From: Ginglymostoma cirratum
Lineage: Eukaryota
Reading direction: 5' to 3'
Length of the DNA: 64,000 nucleotides
Assembly (NCBI GenBank): GCA_024137785.1
Contig: JAHRHZ010000082.1
Location: 4,340,134 to 4,404,133 of the forward strand
How positions within the stretch are numbered: position 1 is the stretch's first letter; the number at the start of each line of letters is the position of its first letter. Position numbers and translations under genes: made by a program. Positions 25,799-40,800 of this stretch are shown here, one piece after another. The notes beneath the pieces were generated by a model, which was not told where the DNA came from, did no database searches, and saw nothing but the letters and a program-made list of their open reading frames with translations.

Positions 25799-28700
25799 AA
25801 ATGTTAACAGAATTTTCGTGTTCAGTACATCCAGCTTGTGTAGCAAGGGCTAATGGCAGAAGAGAGAAATTGGATAAGACGTCAGTAGGAGCAATGTTGC
25901 ATGTTCAGCTGACAGCTTTTACTGCCCAATACGTCCAAATCAGCATTTAGCAGAGACCTACACAATGCAGAATTCATTCATGTTTGTGACAATTGCAAAT
26001 GGGTAGCAACATACAGAACTCAGATTTTCAGCTGAATTAAAGTTACCTTTGCTGTGCTAAATGATCCCTTTATTTGTGACTGATTCAGAACTTCTCAATG
26101 CTGTGCGTTCAGGAAGCTATGCCCGATTTGTATTGGCCTACACAAGCCAGAGCAGTTTCCAGTTTGAGAACAGTCTGGTCTGAAAAGGGTAGAAAAGTGG
26201 GTCATTTTCATGGAGAATGCCATCCCGTCACACCCTGTCAGACCACAGTGGTTTAAGAGCAGTTTGTGGAGATACCAGCTGTAGTGAAACCACATAAAAT
26301 TGACCTGGTTTCTCGATTCCGTTTCGGACCCCAAAACAACCGTTTTAATCAACGCAATCTGACCTCCACGGTTGACAAAATGTTAAGAGTCCCTTTGAAG
26401 TAAAATGAAATATTTTGTTCCCTAATGCCAAGTTTCAGGCAAGTTTCATAACTGGGCATCTCGACTGTTCTGGAGATGAGAACTCGCTATTTGAGCAAAG
26501 TTGTTTTTCTTTAGAAGTATATTGGATGAATGGTGTATATTGAAGTATATTGAATGAGTGCATCACCAGAAACAGCCTTTATTTTGGCACTTTTTGCCCA
26601 GTATCTTTCCATTGATGAAAGGATCATAATATTTCCTTGAAAAATCTATTAACTTTGAGTGGACCCAATGTTTGAACACTTCACCAAGGAGCCATGAGTG
26701 AATATATCCACAGAGGTACTCAGAGTACAACATCACTGCTTCAAATCTAATAAGGTTAAAAGCTTGCACCAAATCAAATGCTACAACGTGTTTCTTTCTC
26801 CTCCATTGAAGAACCACTGCTACTAATTAAGGCTTTGTGAGATGGAGTTTGTTTTACCTGATTCTTGAAATCCAACAAAGAAAATCAGGAAAGAATTTTT
26901 TTTTTAAATGAGAGCATTCACTGGAAGGAACACCAAACTATTTTGCTAACCAAAGCCACTAACTGAAGGGCACTGCTCAGAGAGAACATGTTGCTCACTG
27001 CGCCCAGACTTGACATGAGTCAGAGTTCCTCAGTGGTTTACTAGTTCCATTTGAAATAAGCAACAGACAGAAGTTAAACAAAGAAGTACACGTGTACATT
27101 GAAGGACTAAGCTTCATATGAATGGGCTTGTAATTGATTAAAGCACATGGACATCATCCAGGTGTGAGCACAAGTCTCATATTGAAGCTAATTCCAGTGC
27201 AACATGTGATGGAGTAGAAAGCAAAAGACCAGTGCTGTCTGGAGAAAATTGGAATTGAGGTCTGTTTACTGTGAGGTTCTCTGGAGCTGCATGGGGATTG
27301 GTACTGAAAGCAACTTAGATTCAGTAAAATGGTAAAGAGGAGCAAAACAGTGATATTCAATGCATAAAACAATGATGGATTAGGTAAGTGAGTTTGTTTC
27401 TTAGCTCCCACAAATTAGTTTTTAATTTCAAACTGGCTAACTGGCCTTTGTGGAGCAAAGTATTCTTCAAAGGGGAAACGTTATATTTTCCTACTGCCAT
27501 AACATGGTCCTAGTTAATTCAATCTTTATTTCTAGCATGTTGGAGATAACAATGTTTTTATCAGATTTTTCCTCTCGAGTGGTAAATAAGAAGTCCAAAG
27601 GCAATAGGGCCCACATAACCGGCAACAAAGTGAGAGTTTCATTGTATGAATGGCTTCCAACAAAAGATCAGTGCAAATGAAATCTCAGTCACTTGTACAA
27701 ACTCAGAATTATGTGTGCAGTCCTGACTCTCAAGTATTCTAAGTCATTAATTGCTTCTAGGAGTATCTTGTATCCTTACAGACTCGTCTGCAAATACGAT
27801 AACTCCACCTCAAACCCAAAACACCAGATCATCCCTAGAGCTGTTGAAGATATGGTTCCCAGCACTTTGCTTGACACAAAAATGTTTCTGTTTCAACCTA
27901 ATGAAATGCTCACTTACACACAGCTTAGCCCAATAAATCTCTAGCTCTCTTGACTATGAATGACCAAGACTCTGGCCCTGTCATTGAGCCCTCCGAAAGC
28001 TGTCTGACTCTATATAACCTGTTTTGTATGAAGTAATCACAGTTAGAATCAACATCAAACAATTTGCTTAGAAATCTTATTTTAAATCCAAGTGTACAAG
28101 TGAGATTCTCTCCAAATGGATGTAGGACTAGAGTTGTCATGGCACTTATATGTTGATCTGCAACTCAGTAGTCAGGACTGAATCTGCAACCAAATGATGG
28201 AGACCCCTCTGCACGTTATATTTCATATCATTTTGGGATTGTATTGGGTGTAATATGTCTGTAGCCCAGCGCAAGGCTAATTGAAGACTAACCAGATGAG
28301 CCTAACCTTAAAATTTTTTTTCTGATATGAAGAGAAAATGAATGTTCACCTTCTTTCTCTGCCCCAACCTGTTCCCCACCACCATCCCCCCTTTCTGTCT
28401 AGCTTCCCTGTCCACTTCCTCTTAAACATTCTTTCCTCTTCCCCACAGCCACCCTCCATATACCCCTCCCCCTAGTTCCCTCGATTTGTCCCATCTTTTC
28501 GTGTTATTTTCTCTCTACCTTCACCACATCCCTCCCCATCCTACCGTTCCTCATTTTCAGTACGGCTACTTTTCTCCCCACAATGCTGAGCAGCTTATAT
28601 TCTCTCAGCTTCTGAAATGAGCTGAATGTAACACAGAGGTCTGTTATCTCTATCTCCTGTGCGTCCAACAGAATGTGCACGTTTCATTCTGATCCTGAGT

Positions 28701-30032
28701 TCATGTCACTTTATGACTGTGGCTGCAGTGTGGCTACAACCTGTAAAAACATGGAACTGGCACAAATGGTTAACAGCATTTCCAAAGAAAACATGTTTGT
28801 AATACACCCTCAGTTGTAACATGTTATTTGTTCAATTGTTTTAGTGGGTGTGCCACCTCCTTTAAGGAATATTAGAGGGGGAAGTTAAAATTGTTTTGGA
28901 ATGCTGCAAACAGCTGAGATGGTTAAGAGATGCTTGAGTCCAAATTAGTTGTTTTTTTCAATGATAAAAGTATATTCTATTTTAACTTGGTACTTAATGG
29001 TAGAGCTATATCTTTTACAATAATATCTCACCCCTCAAAAGAAAAGAAAGGCCAAAAACATTAGGAAAGCAGTTTCCAGTGTTGTGTTACTCCTGCATTT
29101 TCCTGAATGTGTAATTACTTGTCCGGATGATGAAAGTAGTAAGCATTCCCACAGAAAAATAAAATGATTTATTTGGTATCTAGGGAATGGAGATTTTTAT
29201 TTCCTTAGACCATTTTTGGTTATCTCTCCTTGTTGAACAGTTTCAGTTTTTTATGTGGAAACGGAATTGCTGTCCTTTTCTGGAACTTAATGATGAGAAC
29301 ACTTTTTTTAAGGAGGGGATTTCTGCAGTGCCTAGGGAAAAGTGAATTTCTTTCACATGTTCTGGTTAGCACTGGCAATTTCATCAACTTTAGTCATTTA
29401 TGAGTCAAAGATTCTTGAGAGAAAACTCCAGCCTGAACAAAAGAACATTGAAACAATTATGTATTAGCATAGTATTATAGTGCCTGAGAGGGGGCAAGAC
29501 GAAGAACAAGGCTGAAGAACAAGTCTCTCACTCTTGTCCTGTTTTTAATTTGGCGCAAAGCAGCCCACATAAAGCTATCAATATTTCAAAAATGGTTGCA
29601 TAAATCATATACTTTAAAATTCTGCTGACTTATTATGAATAAATCTCTCCCTCAGTTTGAGTATGAATTTTTAAAATTGCACAATCATGGACACATTTAG
29701 CTAGTTACGATATGACACAAATTGGAAACAAATGTGTAAATTCTTTTGTTTTAAAGCTTGTCCAGTCAAATTATCCTCCAGCACGAGCACAGAGGCATGT
29801 AATTTCATCCAGGAATTTTGTTGTCATCTGAAGTTTGAAGATCTGCTTCAGGTTCTGTTGCTTCAGTGCCAGCAGTCGCCTGATCCTTGTGCCCAGACTT
29901 CATGTGTGAGGCAGAGCAGGAGAGCTTACATTTTCCATGTATGTGCTGGTGCTGCATAACCTCACTGGACACTGGTAAATAGTGGCAAATCAGGGGTGTG
30001 CCATGCTACATTTTCTCATATACAGAAGCAAT

Positions 30033-30385
30033 GGTGCTGTGATACAGCAGTGGTTAGCTCTGATGCCTCATAGAGCCAGGGACGTGGGTTTGATTCCAGC
30101 CTCAGGTGACTGTCTGTGTGGAGTTTACACATTCTACCTATGTTTGCGTGGGTTTCCTCCAGCTGCTCCAGTTTCCTCCCACAGTGCAGAGATGTGTAGG
30201 TTAGGTGGGCTGGCCAAGGGAAATTTCCCATAGTGTCCAGGGATGTGCAGGCTGGATGCATTAACCATGGGAAATGCAGGGTTACAGGGATAGGGTAAGG
30301 GGCTGGGTCTGGGCGGGATGCTCTTCAGAAAGTCAGTGAAGTTGATGGGCCGAATGGCCTGCTTCCACACTGTAGGGATTCAATG
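30033..30385 (+). mobile_element. HE1-type tRNA-derived SINE
   Basis: cagtggttagc...gggtttgattcc...gtgtggagtttacacattct...ctgtagggattc. Confidence 0.87.
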
Positions 30386-30504
30386 AGGAAGGCTCTTCGC
30401 CAACATGTCCTACTTATAAATGTCCCTCTGAAATCAAAGCTGCTTGCAACCTCAGAACCAAGTCAGCTGTTTCTTTACCTAATCTATTATTTGAAGGCGG
30501 AACA

Positions 30505-31131
30505 AGGAGGATAGATAAAGGGAAATCAGTCAGTGTGGCATATTTGGATTTTCAGAAGGAATTTGACAAGGTGCCATGTGTTAAGCTCTTTAGTAAGATA
30601 AGACCCCGTGGTGTTAGAGTTAGTATACCAGCATGGATGGAGGATTGGCTAACTCATAGAAGACAGAGTGTTGGGATAAGGGGGCGTTTTCAGGATAACC
30701 ACTTGTAATTAGTGAGAAATTGTAGAGATTGGTGCCGGCGCCACAGTTATTTGAGGTTTATATTGACAACTTGGATGAGGAATGTGAATGTACCATAGGC
30801 AAGATTGTGGATGACACAAGAGTAGGCAAGAAGGCAAGTGGTGAGGATGTCACAAAGTCTCCAGAGGGATAATAGACAAGTGAAACAAGTGGGAAAAATC
30901 TTGGCAGATGAAATATAATGTGGGAAAATGTGAAGTTATGCAATTTGGCAAGAAGAATAAAGGAGCTGAATATTATTTAAATGGAGAAAGACTTCAGAAA
31001 GCTGCAGTGCAGAGGGATTTGTGTGCCCTCATGCAGAAATCACAAAATGCTAGCATCCAGGATCTGTACATAATAGGGAAGGCAAGTTGAATGTTGTCCT
31101 TATTTCAAAAGGGATGGAGTATAAAAATAGG
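30505..31131 (+). mobile_element. CR1/HER1-type LINE RT fragment
   Basis: ttggattttcagaaggaatttgacaaggtgccat (LDFQK.FDKVP) and ORF MKYNVGKCEVMQFGKKNKGAEYYLNGERLQK; contains stops. Confidence 0.88.
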
Positions 31132-31235
31132 GAGCAAATAAAAGAGGAAATTGCTGGAGAAACTCAGCAGGTGAGGCAGCATCTGTGGAGAGAAAACAGA
31201 ATTAATGTTTTGAGTTCAGTGGACTCTTCACAGCA
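31132..31235 (-). mobile_element. Penelope-like terminal-repeat fragment (family 2)
   Basis: gctggagaaactcagcaggtgaggcagcatctgtggagagaaaacagaattaatgtttt is homologous to 46151-46230. Confidence 0.65.
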
Positions 31236-34200
31236 GAGCAGTCTATGTCTATATGCAGCAAGCCCTGGGTAGCATCTTGACCAAGTTACTTGCCACTTAT
31301 CAGCCGAAGCCTGAATACTATCCAAGTGGACACAAACAGATTCAATAGCTGATTGGAAGAACACTTGTTGAAAAAAATGCCAAACAATTTGGCTCCTGTT
31401 CACTTTCAGTGCATGGATTTCACATATTCCAGATGCATAAAATGCAGATCTTGTGACAACATAAATGCTGCAGTACTACTGACTATCTTGTGTGAAATGT
31501 GATGGCCCCATTCTGCCTGCCTGTCTGCTACCTTCCCGCTTGTATCTATTCATCATCTAATAATCTGCTACTTGTGTTAGTATCGAGGGGAAGAAGTGTG
31601 AATTTAAAAACACTGCTCACTGACCCACAATGTCACCTCCCAGTCCCTTTCTGACACTTGCTCACCTTTTTTTGATTTTAACTAATTAAAAAATGTCAAT
31701 TTAAAGTAAAAATGGTTAACTTTGAAATGAATGTCATAACGTGAGGGCAAGATTTGACTGAGCTTACAAAAGTCGCCTTTCTTTTTGCTAACTGTATAAG
31801 AAAAGGATTTTTCATATGTGAAAGTGTTTCCATCAGATGCTCAGGTCCAGATTCTAGGATGTCTAGATATATTGATGCCCGTAGAGTTCATAAGAAAATT
31901 ATTAGGAGATTTGAATTTCGCTGTTAGTTGGCTTAGCATGAGAAAATGATCCTTTGAAGGTTCTGGTAAATTATTACAATGATATTGAAATTTAAAGAAA
32001 GAAGTTTAATGCTTTTTTTTGAATAAGTATTTAATACAAAGTGGCTGTGCTTTAATTGTTTACTTGTATGCTGTGGAACTGCTTTTTCTAAATGCCAACT
32101 TGTATGGCATTGGAGACTGATACTGTGTTAAGTCTATTATACCATCACTGTGGAAAAAGTACCTATATTAGCAACAAATTTGATGAGAACATAATTCAGT
32201 TGTCATATGGATCTTGTATGACAATCGTATCTCATCACTTGATTTGGAAACAAGTTGCTGTAATGCAGTGAACAGGATGGTTGTTTTGGCATTGTTACTT
32301 TGATTCTTATCAATATCTACAACATAAAATGGAGATTTTTGTTTAAAAAAAAACAAACTCAGCATCATAGATCACAAAATATAGCTGTTTCAGTTTGGAT
32401 CTATTAGACGTGCAGTGTGTTCTCAGTCCTGTGTTTGAACCTAGACATTGTTCACATTATTCTGTGAAGACCAGTAATACTATATCACATTGATCTTACT
32501 CAGAATGCTTGCACTATTAAATGTGATGTTACTGCATTGACCTGTTAATATGTAACACGAAAATCATACAGTTTGGCTTTAGCCTCTCTGTATATCTTGT
32601 ATGGTGTAGTGGAATTTTTAGTCCATCATAATTCTTGGGTTCTGAGGACTATGCTGCAAGGATGAAATGCATTTTTCCTATGTGCAGGTCTGAACAATGT
32701 TAGCAACAGTCATTAATTATGGGATTAGCTTGTTAAGTGTTCAATTTTAATTCGATTTCAATACCCATGTGTTTCATGTGATTTTACACCAGTGAAATCA
32801 TTTTCTGTGTCGCTGTGTTACACTTTGTCTTGAGTTTTCTAATAGCGTTTGGAACACAATTGAAGAAATGTGCAGAATGTTATTATTTCATCCACATACA
32901 CTAATATACAGACATTTGTGAAAGTACACAAGTACATGCCACATGTGTGAATGCAGACACTTACATATACTTACACACATTTATGCGCACACATACCAGT
33001 ATTAGAATGCCATTCTAACACTCAAAATCACACTGAGATTTTAATGGAAAAAGGCCTTTTTCTGACCTGAATGTATCCAGAGATGCTCTTCACACTTGTG
33101 TGTCATTATTCATCTGTGCTCGAATTATTTTGACCCCCAAGAGTTAATCTTTGGCTTCGTAAATCAAAATTCTTGTCTCTTATTCAGGACATGTGCGTTA
33201 ATCTGCCCGAACTGTAAATGAGTTCCCTAGCACAGCTGCGTTAGTGCTTATTTTGTCACTCCTTGAAAGAGCTCCAGTGTTCAAACATTGTGAGGGTCAT
33301 GGCTCCTGGGACAGCTGTTACTATTAAAAATGATTTTTTTTTGATACAGACTTGTTCTCCCTCGCACTCTCCCTGTACGAATACAGAAGTCATTGTTCTC
33401 CAGTGTGTTAGTGGCTGCCAGTGAGTGCTGGAGCATGCTCTTGGCAGGGCACGTCACAATGGTGTATCATATATTTCCTCTTCACTTTTAAAGCTGTGGT
33501 GCTCTCTCATGGGAAAAGACAGACTTAAAAATGACAAGTATGTCAATTATAAGGGAATTGGCGCTAGTAATAGAATTGGTGCAGGCGCACTTGGCCGAAT
33601 GGCCTGTTTCTGTGCCGTAACAGTTCTGTGATTATATAATTTTCTTTTGGTCACTGTCGAATAATGATTAAATCATTGAATGAGAATGCAACCCAATCTG
33701 TAATGATTTATCAACAAGTGGCTTTGCCTGTGTACGATCTGTGGCAGTGGAAGATATTCATCTTAAATATACAGTTTAATCTGAATTTGTGATAGTTTTG
33801 ATAAGATTTGATGTATTTCCACACCTCTCCTTCCAATTAGATCTGCTGTAATGTAATGGCATTTTAGATGTGCCTTGTTGAATGCAATTGTGCAAAATTG
33901 TTTCATCGTAAGGATTTAATTTAGGGTGTGGCAGAATTCTGTCTCTCTGTCTGTCATGAATCTCATTAATAGTGTTAGATTGAATAGACTAGGGCCAAAG
34001 TTATAGCAAAAATGGGTTCAACCTAGCAGAAATGAACAGCGTTGAATGAGAGTTTTATCACTGTCTTGTGTTTCTTTGCCCTGAACAAAGGAAGGTACAT
34101 GCTAATAATTGGAATTGTTATGTTTTGTCAAGCTTCCATGTTGGAAGCATGAGATGAACGGAATCTGTCTTTAAATCAACCACACGACTGTCCACAGTCA

Positions 34201-36569
34201 CAAAATTCTCCTATTTGCCACCTGATTTAGATCCTTTCGCAATGAGAAGCACAACTGAAATTTTAATACAATAGAGAAACAACTGAGCTGCATTTTCAAG
34301 TGTGAAAAAGCTAGGATTGATTAGTCAGCTTTCTAAACCTAACAAAAGTAGTTTAGCCCCATCCCTACAGTACCCTATTACACAACAATTTCTCAACCAT
34401 TATCAACCCTGTGAAAGTGGTTTAAATAAAATCAGTAAGGGTCACTCTTCCACAAAAAGTTATGTCACCATCTCACCCACAAGTCTAACCTTTATCACAT
34501 CCACAACTTGTTCTTAATGTACCTGCAAATTAATTTTGGAAATTACAGTTAATGGGGCATCGACCACAGTTCTATAGTGAAATGAATGTCTGATTTGTCT
34601 TAACGGCAGTTGGAGGTGGAATTTTTACACTGTGCATTGAATGTAGCGACGCAGATGTTTAATGTCCATCCTTCACAACGGGAGTGACTTTCTGCAGGGG
34701 AAAGGTGACTCCATGTGGGAGTCAGGCATCTGCAGTTGGAATTTACAGACTGTCATTTGCTTTAGTGGAACCAGTTAAACTTTTAACAACCCTAATTAAA
34801 GGAGACAGTTTTAAAACAACAACTACACATTAACCCTTTCAGCATATGGACGTATTTGCTGCGTGTGAATTTCCATTGGTTTGGAAACAGCTATTCCCAG
34901 TATATGTTCATCCCTTTACATCACAGCACTGCGTTTGGAGTCAGATACCAGGTGAAAAGGAGCAAGATTGGTGCAGCAAAGATTTCAATTCATCATACAG
35001 ATCATTTGATTTTTTTTAGACATAGACATAACTCATAAACATATAGGATAACATTATATATATACATATAACAAGCTTAATGAATTGTTCAGCAGACAGT
35101 AAATTAAATCCAAAACATGCACAGTCTATAAAAGCATTTACTGAAATGTTTTAATGAAGGGAGAATGAGGTGAATAGGTCATCATTATGTTGACAATACA
35201 AACTGAAGCATAGATCGAGGGTTGTGAATTTTGATGCTTTGGGTCTTACCTGCATCACTGTTGAGTTCTGATCATCCCTATGCTTTCTGATTAAAACAAA
35301 ACTGCTTGTGTTGAAGTTTTCTGCGTTAGTTCTTGTTTTTGCTCATGTCTTGTTTTAAAAATGTTGAATTGCTTCAGGGAAATGCTCAAACTGTTTAAAT
35401 AGAACGATGAAAACAGAGAAGCAAATATGTATAAATGCTGAACAGGGCGTCAAAATTAGATATACATTTCCATTGTAGATTATTTATTGCATTGTGTCTT
35501 ATTGATTATAGTTCTTACAGGAGTGAAGTAAAGTATTGATGTATCAAGTTCTAAGCGATATGCATTATATTGGCATCTCAAAGCTATTAATATGTCTTTA
35601 CCTTTTTATAGAACAAAAGTTAGATTGATGTACTAATGCTGGTTAAATACAGAATCATTTATGTCATCTTGTTTAGCAGTGTCTCTGAACGCTTTCTGAA
35701 TAAATATAAATGTCCCAAAATTTCAGGTGTTGAGTATAGACTTGCCATGATCAAGAGTTTCCTTTATATCTGCAACTATCGGAATGGCTGGTGTAACTGG
35801 GAGACAAAATGTTTACTGCCCCTTTTCTCCAAGACATTGTTAAAAGAAATTTGAAAATTAATCTGAAGCTATTAGATAGAATGCAATTAATTGGAGGATG
35901 TATGATAACAGCTAGCCATGTATAAAATATGCAAGCTCAAGGGTCACTTTATGTGAAGGTCAGTGCAGGAGAGCATCTGCTGATTTTGATATTTCAAGGA
36001 GAATGCAAAGGTTGTAATTACTGTAAACATTGCTTATCTTGTGTGCTGTAACTGCTTAATGTTCAACAAACCTGTCTCGCTGTTTATGGCAGTCTTTACT
36101 CTTCTCCTTAACATGTTGGATGCTAGACAGCAGTGACTTCGATTTTCTGGGTTTTGCAACAGGCACCTAAGACACTGGACAGGTTTAGACACATTGGTTC
36201 CCAGGGGTGAGAGGTCTGGTCATGATGGTTGACAGTCCTGTAACCAAGGAAAATATCTAAAATAAAAAAATCCCTAAACACCTCACTGTGAGTGCTCTGC
36301 TTGTCAGGCAAAAAGTATTTTATCACCTGTCAATCTGTTGCTGTTAATTTTTATGAACACTTTGTGTTGCGCCTGTGTTGTAGTGTTTCTGCCGTTTCAA
36401 CTGAAAATTTGCAGTTTTGGTATGAATGGAGATTGGATTAAATGGTTCATTCGCTTGTTGGTCACTAAGGCTAAATGACCTCTGCACAGACGTAGAACAG
36501 TAGATGTCACATCATTATAGACCAAACTACACATTGATCCCAGTGAAAGGCTTAAACAGAGAAACTAAT

Positions 36570-36915
36570 AGGTGCAGGAATGTGGCATTTTGATGAGCCT
36601 GCTCTGCCATTTATTAGGATTGCAGCTGATCCTCTATCACAATGTAATGTCCCTGCTTTTCCCCATACCACTTGAAGCATTTAAAATCTGGAAAGTATCA
36701 GTCTCTTGAATATATTCAGTGACTTGGTCTCCACAGCCTTCTGTGGTAGAGAATTCCACGGGTTCACTACCCTTTGCGTGAAGAAATATTTCCTCATCTC
36801 CATCCTACATGGTCTACCCTGTATCTTGAGATTGTGTCCATTGGTCCTAGACTCTCCAGCCAGGGAAAACATCCTCCTTGCATATAATCTCTCTAGCCCT
36901 GTTAGAATTTTATAT
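36570..36915 (-). mobile_element. CR1/HER1-type LINE 3' end
   Basis: ORF 36681-36959 (-) TYKILTGLERL...GESRTNGHNLKIQGRPCRMEMRKYFFTQRVVNPWNSLPQKAVE, a typical CR1 ORF2 C-terminus. Confidence 0.88.
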
Positions 36916-36954
36916 GTTATAATTGTTGAAATTAATAATAAAATTAGTAAGTTA

Positions 36955-37260
36955 CTCATAGATGTTTACAGCACAGAGGGAAGCCATTTGGCCCATCATG
37001 TCTGCACCAGTCATCAAGGATCTGACTACATTAATCCTATTTTCCAGCTCTTGATGCATAGCCTTGGAAGCTATGGCAATATAAGTGAATTTCTGAACAC
37101 TGCTTAAATGTTACGAGAGTTTCTGACTCAACCACCCTTTCGTTCAGTCAGTTCCAGACTCCCACCATTCTCTGAGTTTAAAAAAAAATTCCTCATCTCT
37201 GCTCTTAGCTTTCTGTCTGTTCGTTATATGCTCTTACTGTTGAATTTGTTAAAAATAAGT
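36955..37260 (-). mobile_element. Second CR1-type LINE 3' tail
   Basis: catagatgtttacagcacagagggaagccatttggcccatc...gttccagactcccaccattctctg. Confidence 0.65.
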
Positions 37261-37849
37261 CCTTATCTTGGGAAGTAAAACATAGAACAACTGGGAGAAC
37301 AAGGCTGATTATTGTATATTTGGAATCAATCCAGATGAAAACCCTGCATAAGGTGGTCATACAAATTAACAAGAGCCTGAGTGAGGTGCATGGCTAATAA
37401 AATAGAGTGACCATGACTGGACATCTTAATAAGCGATCATAAACAGCATTTCTGCTGGATTTTTAAAAAAGCAAAGCCCAAATTTGAACCTGTGTGGGCT
37501 GCACAGCCTTTTTGCATTATAATTATTTTTTAGTTCTGTCCAACTGAGTAATGTTGCTGGCATTTCAAACTGCACTGGTTCAGGATTTTGAAAAGTGCAA
37601 CATTTCGACTGAACCATCTTGATTGTGATGCAGCAAAGGACAGGAAATTCCAAACGCAAGTACTTGCTAAGGGAGACAGGAAATCTTATTTCAATGATTT
37701 CCTCAAATTCCTTATTAATAAAATTTTATTTGAGCAGTCATTTATGAAAATGAACTCAGAATTTAACCATTTTGCATAACTATTCCCAATGCGGGTAATG
37801 TCTCTGAAAGGAGCTTCCTGTCCACTCATACATTACTAACCTTTCTCCC

Positions 37850-40800
37850 ACCCCCATGACAGTGATATGCAAATTCTAATTTTCATGAGCATGGATGAAC
37901 TCCAAGCAATTTAGATGAGTTGAATTGAACCTAGGTATGAGTTTAACTGTATAAGTTCTAGGAGAGGTGGAATGAAAATGTTTACTGTAAGAGTAGAAGT
38001 GGGGTTGAGGACAAAGAATCTTGAATAATTATGTTCCAGGTAGTCTGTTGAGAGAATTGAAAGGCTGTTGAATGAAAGATTAATAAGGAAGGAAAAAGTA
38101 ATATGGACCAATAGGAATGAATCAGGATTACAGTGTGTAGAAACACTAATTAAAGTAGGGGGATTTGATATTATAGTCTTTATTAAAACCTTGTTCCATC
38201 TAGGGTGGGTCTCTTAATGAAATATACATGGGTATTAAAGTTTTTAGGAGAGATACCAAAGGAAGAGAAGGATTGGGCCTTGTTAATGACTGACCTGTTT
38301 CATGCAATTGCATTGAAAGAAAAGGTTTGAAAGAGTCGCTGTCCTGAGATAGGCTTTGTCTGGCTCAGGTTAAGAATTAATAAAGGAATGTGTTGCCATA
38401 TGTAGAATACATTATAGACCACTGAAAATTAGGGAATAAATCTCAGATGTGGTTTGTAACCAATTTAAAGCTATTTGCAGCAGGAGCTGAGAATGGACAG
38501 ACTTTTGTGACAAAGTGAGGAGGCCTTCTTAGAATTGCATTTAAATCTGTTTCCTTAAGTGATATGTTGCAGGTTGAGCAAAAGAAAGGGCTCCAGTGTC
38601 TAGTTCTAGTTAATAATGGGGGACAAGTTGGGGACCTGAAGTTATGAGAACTCTTAGTTTATGGCCAGTTTGTGAACTGAGTTCATAATGGAAATGAAAA
38701 TAGACAAATGACAGTTGAACCTAAAAGTGTTGCTCTAGCAATTACATAAATTCAGTGGGCTAAAAGAGGTCAAAGTTTGGATTAATTGGTTAGAAAAAAG
38801 TGGTAGTCCAAGCATTGGAGAAAGTTAAATGTGAGATGGATGGAAACACAGATGGCCGTTTAAGATCATGTTATCTAAATGATTGAAGAGAAGGCTGCCC
38901 GTGGTGGATAAAGGGGATATGGGAGATAAGGTGAACAACTAGTGGAGGTGGAGTCAGAGGAATTGACAGTTTGTCCAAAGAAGGACATAATGTAAGGCAG
39001 AAGTAGGTCACAAAATCAGGGAGATGGAAAATCACAGAAATTTAAGGCGAGAGGATGAAAGCTTTAAATTGAGGCATTAGGTTACTGGAAACTATTATAA
39101 TCAGGGAACTGGCATTTTAAAAAAAACTTCACAGGATCTGGGTGTCGCTGGCCAGATCAGCATTTCATTACCCATCCCTAAGTGCACCTGAACAGGTAGT
39201 GTTGAGCTGCCTTCTTGAATCACTGTACTCCATGTGGTGTTGGTAAACCCACAGTGTGGTTAGGGAGGGACTTTCAGGGTTTGACCTGGCAGCAGTGGAG
39301 GAATGGTGATATATTTCCAAGTCAGGATGGGGGTGTGTCTTAGAGGGAACCTCGCAGGTTGTGGTGTTCCTATGTGTCACCTGCCCTTGGGCTTCTAGAA
39401 GGTAGAGGTCTTGTGTTTGGAAGCTTCTATTGAAGAAATCTTGGTGAGTTCCTGCAGTGCAATGTGTAGACGGTACACACTGCTGCCTCTGTGTGCCCGT
39501 GGTGAAGGGAGTTAATATTGAAGATGGTGGATGGGGTTCCAATCAAAAAGGCTACCTTGTCCTGGATGATGTTGAGGTTCTCGAGCGTTGTTGGAACCGC
39601 ACCAATCCAGGCAAGTGGGGAATATTCTATCACATGACCTACTGTGACTTGAGGCTTGGGGAGACAGCAGGTAAATTAATTGCTTTCAGTGCTGCTTCTG
39701 CTATTGATCAATTACTGCACCGTCCACTTCTGTTCTCACTTGATATCAGCAGTACATTTTGGGAAAGCTAGAATATGGATCTGTTCCCATAGCCCTGTGT
39801 CTACATCTCACTTAAATACAGTGGGCAGCCCAGGGGCATGTTGCCAAAACTTTCTGCAGAGGTGTGGTGTTTGGGAAGCAGGAGGGAAGGAGAACATTTC
39901 AAAGAATTTTAGGTGCTGGGACCCAATTAGAAGACTGCATGCCCCTTTTTCTATTGCTTCCATGGCACTCAGTTTCAAGTGATATAATGGAGTGATATTT
40001 AGAGTTCATGATGAAGGATAAAATTAATGAGTATTTATACAAGTGTGGGCAAATTGAGGGCAGTCTCAGAGGACTTGCAAAGGGCAAGCTGTGCTAAATT
40101 ACCGTAGTAGAGCTTTAGAAAAAAAACAAAGAATTACAAGATAAGGGAATGCATTGGATGTTATGTTGAAAATAATTCAAAGGGAATTTGACAAGAGAAC
40201 ACATGCATGGCTAGAGAGCCAGCAAGAGTCTAACTTTGCCTCTTTCTGGGAAGGTTGGCCAAACTGTGTGCCAATCAGGCAGTGTTGAAGCCGCTGGTGA
40301 GCTTCATTTGGAATCTGGACCTTACAGGTGGCAGCCTCACCCATTGAGAGTTGCAGTCCAATTTTGCTCCGCAGCACCGCTAGACACGGCGTGACCACAG
40401 CTTAACAGCAGGCACCAGGTCCCAGGTCACAGTTGAGTGAGATTTGGAGGGGAGAGGGGATTTCAGGTGCTGGCAGCTTGTGGGGAGAGGGCTACAGGGG
40501 GATCAGCAACAAGAGCAAGGTGGTGGTGCCTTTCACTTGCACCCCATGTTCCTAATGTGCAATCCCTTGGTCAGGCGTTTGGTAAAGGAAGCTCTGGCCT
40601 CCTGGAAATTACAAGTAGGTGTGAGGTTTTTGTGCTGTGCATCCCACGGGATAAGAGCATCCTCTGCAGCTGGGCTAATCCCAGTGGCAGCATGATGAGG
40701 TCCGTCGATGGTTAGTGGTTGGTCACTCAAGGGTCTCCGTTGGCACAAAGGGCAAGAAGGTTCACTATGGGCCTTCCCACCCAGAACTTAAGTTTGATGG

